40,975 nt of DNA from Candidatus Limnocylindria bacterium (lineage in GTDB: Bacteria > Chloroflexota > Limnocylindria > QHBO01): contig DASURX010000135.1 in the NCBI GenBank assembly GCA_036375355.1, positions 1-40,975 on the forward strand. The letters are read 5' to 3'. Under the pieces are notes generated by a model. The model ran no database searches and was not told the origin of the DNA. It saw nothing but the letters and a program-made list of their open reading frames with translations. How positions within the stretch are numbered: the stretch's first letter is position 1; each line of letters begins with the position of its first letter. Of the stretch, positions 39,370 to 40,975 are shown piece after piece. The position numbers and the translations under genes are program-made.

Positions 39370-40091
39370 GCCGCTTCTGGGCGATCAGCGGCCTGGCGCT
39401 GCGGGAGCTGTGGATGAGCTTCCGCCTGCTGGCGCTGGTCGCCGTGGTGACGGCAGCGTCCCTGCCAGCCCTGCTCCTCCCGCCGGCCGTTGTGCCCGAC
39501 CTGGCCGGGGCGCCACCGGATCGGCTGACCTGGTTCGCGACCCTGCTCGCCGTGGCCCTGGCGGTGGGCGGTGGCGTCGCCGGATTCAGCGTGGGCGCCG
39601 AGCGGCGGCGGGGCAGCGCCGGCTGGCTCGTGTCGCGCGCCCTCCCGCGCCCGACCCTGCTGCTGGCCTGGTTCGCGTCCGTCGCGCTGGTGGTGGCAGC
39701 CGGGATGGTGCCGGCAGGCGTCCTGGCCTGGGTCGCCCTCGACGGGCCGGCGCTCGTGCCCGGTGGCCCGGTGGCCTTCGGGCTGGTGCTCGCCAGCGTC
39801 TTCGTCACGGCGGCGTTGGCGGTCGCCCTGGGCTGCCTGGTCGGCGCGCTGCTGCCGCCGCTTCCCGCGGCGCTGGTGGCGATCCTGCTGGCCGGCATTC
39901 CGATGGCGGTTGCCGCGATCCAGCACCTCGCCCTGCCCGCCATGCCAGGATCCCCGCTGGGCGTGCTGGCCACGCTTGATGAGGCGGCGCGGCCGGTCAG
40001 CGCCGCGCTGCAGGCAGGCGGGGTCGCGCTGGGACTGACGGCCGCGCTCCTTGTCCTCGCCGCCCTCGCCTTCGAGCGCGCCGACCTGTGA
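39366..40091 (+). CDS. Integral membrane protein (about 6 TM), possible permease partner
   Basis: Its ATGA overlaps the upstream gene. The translation is hydrophobic throughout. Confidence 0.65.
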   Translation: MSRFWAISGLALRELWMSFRLLALVAVVTAASLPALLLPPAVVPDLAGAPPDRLTWFATLLAVALAVGGGVAGFSVGAERRRGSAGWLVSRALPRPTLLLAWFASVALVVAAGMVPAGVLAWVALDGPALVPGGPVAFGLVLASVFVTAALAVALGCLVGALLPPLPAALVAILLAGIPMAVAAIQHLALPAMPGSPLGVLATLDEAARPVSAALQAGGVALGLTAALLVLAALAFERADL

Positions 40092-40975
40092 GCGCGACGG
40101 TTCGCATGCGCCCGGCCGCCGCCTGGGCAGTCCTGGTGGTGGCGTCGCTGGGCGTCTTCCTGGGCGGTGCCGAGCTGATGGTGGTGGCGATCGCCCTGCC
40201 CTCGGTGGTGGCCGACTTCGGCGGCTGGGCGGACCTGGCCCGCGCATCGTGGATCGTCAACGCCTACCTGCTGGCCTACATCGTGGCGATGCCGCTCGCC
40301 GGTCGCGCCGCGGACCTGTGGGGCGCGCGGCGGCTGTACGTGGCGGCGCTGGTCCTGTTCTGCGCGGGGAGCCTGGGCGCCGGCCTCTCACGCTTCGCGG
40401 GGCCGGACGCCGGCATGGACTGGCTCATCGCCTCGCGCGTGGTGCAGGGCCTGGGCGGCGGTGCGCTGGTCCCGCTCTCGATGGCCATCGCCAGCCACCT
40501 GTTCGCGGGCCGTGCCCGCGCCGCGGCACTGGGCGTGGAGGGCGCGGCAACGTTCGTGGGCATGGCGGTCGGTCCCGCCTACGGCGCCTGGGTGCTGCTC
40601 AACGTGACCCTGCCGTTGCCCGGCGTGGACCTGGCGACCTGGCAGTGGATCTTCTTCCTGAACGTCCCGGCCGGCATCCTGACCCTGCTGCTGATCTACG
40701 TGGTGGCGGGCGGCATCGAGACGCCGCGCGCGCCGGGCGGCATCGACGTCGGGGCGGCGCTGCTCATCTCGCTGGCGCTGGTCTCCGGGGTCGGTGCCCT
40801 GAGCCTGGCGGGCGAGCGCGGCTGGACCGATCCGCTGATCCTGGCCGGGATCGTGGTGGCCGCCGTCGCCATCGGCCTGTTCGTCCTCTTCGAGCTGCGC
40901 CGTCGCACGCCGCTGGTCGACCCCCGGCTCTTCGCCGATCGGCAGTTCAGCTCCGCGAACGCCGTGAGCCTGCTG
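40088..40975 (+). CDS. MFS transporter, DHA2 (EmrB/QacA-like), 3' end outside the window
   Basis: It is not in the ORF track because there is no stop in the window. My own translation from GTG 40088 reads VSATVRMRPAAAWAVLVVASLGVFLGGAELMVVAIALPSV...RVVQGLGGGALVP...WQWIFFLNVPAGI. Its GTGA overlaps the upstream stop. Confidence 0.8.
   Translation, partial: MSATVRMRPAAAWAVLVVASLGVFLGGAELMVVAIALPSVVADFGGWADLARASWIVNAYLLAYIVAMPLAGRAADLWGARRLYVAALVLFCAGSLGAGLSRFAGPDAGMDWLIASRVVQGLGGGALVPLSMAIASHLFAGRARAAALGVEGAATFVGMAVGPAYGAWVLLNVTLPLPGVDLATWQWIFFLNVPAGILTLLLIYVVAGGIETPRAPGGIDVGAALLISLALVSGVGALSLAGERGWTDPLILAGIVVAAVAIGLFVLFELRRRTPLVDPRLFADRQFSSANAVSLL

Noticed and set aside
1-40975. A search for CRISPR arrays, transposase or integrase genes, prophage genes, toxin-antitoxin pairs or recognisable defence systems
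   Set aside because: None was recognisable by eye. There are no repeat-spacer arrays, no long terminal inverted repeats and no nuclease/ATPase defence-type gene pairs. The only nuclease is the DUF151 housekeeping-type protein.

Overview
This is a high-GC (about 70%) bacterial chromosomal window centred on the replication origin. I found no CRISPR array, mobile element, rRNA gene or stand-alone tRNA gene.

Gene content, left to right:
- secA (3' end), a Cys-rich small ORF, prfB (programmed +1 frameshift), ftsE, ftsX, an S41 C-terminal processing protease, smpB and ssrA (tmRNA).
- A lipoprotein, a flavodoxin-like protein and a membrane protein.
- On the minus strand: jag, yidC, yidD, rnpA, rpmH.
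- On the plus strand: dnaA, an oriC-like DnaA-box cluster, dnaN, recF and a DUF721/DciA-like gene.

To the right the content becomes envelope-oriented and less standard:
- A membrane-anchored PP2C-like protein whose catalytic Asp residues all appear substituted, followed by a DUF151 nuclease.
- A lipid-carrier glycosylation module: a GT2, a DUF2723/TMEM260-like GT-C, and a roughly 1560-aa fused GT-C protein with a roughly 370-aa soluble insertion.
- A PspC plus toastrack pair.
- A promoter, leader and terminator unit in front of an ABC-2 exporter that carries an extra small basic ORF.
- Two tandem MshD-like double-GNAT genes.
- A tight seven-gene minus-strand operon: ArsR, PIP synthase, ino1, two HtrB-like acyltransferases, a PHP phosphoesterase and a PimA-like GT4.
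- A divergent unit with a motif-degenerate ABC ATPase, a membrane protein and a DHA2 MFS transporter (3' end outside the window).

The best leads for new biology are:
- The PHP enzyme and the second acyltransferase inside the phosphatidylinositol/PIM operon. They are candidates for the unassigned PIP phosphatase and inositol acyltransferase steps.
- The giant fused GT-C glycosyltransferase.
- The pseudo-PP2C sitting where gyrBA is usually found.
- Several unannotated small ORF or RNA elements.

All calls come from reading the sequence and the supplied ORF translations. No database search was run. Most long antisense ORFs in the track are high-GC shadow ORFs.
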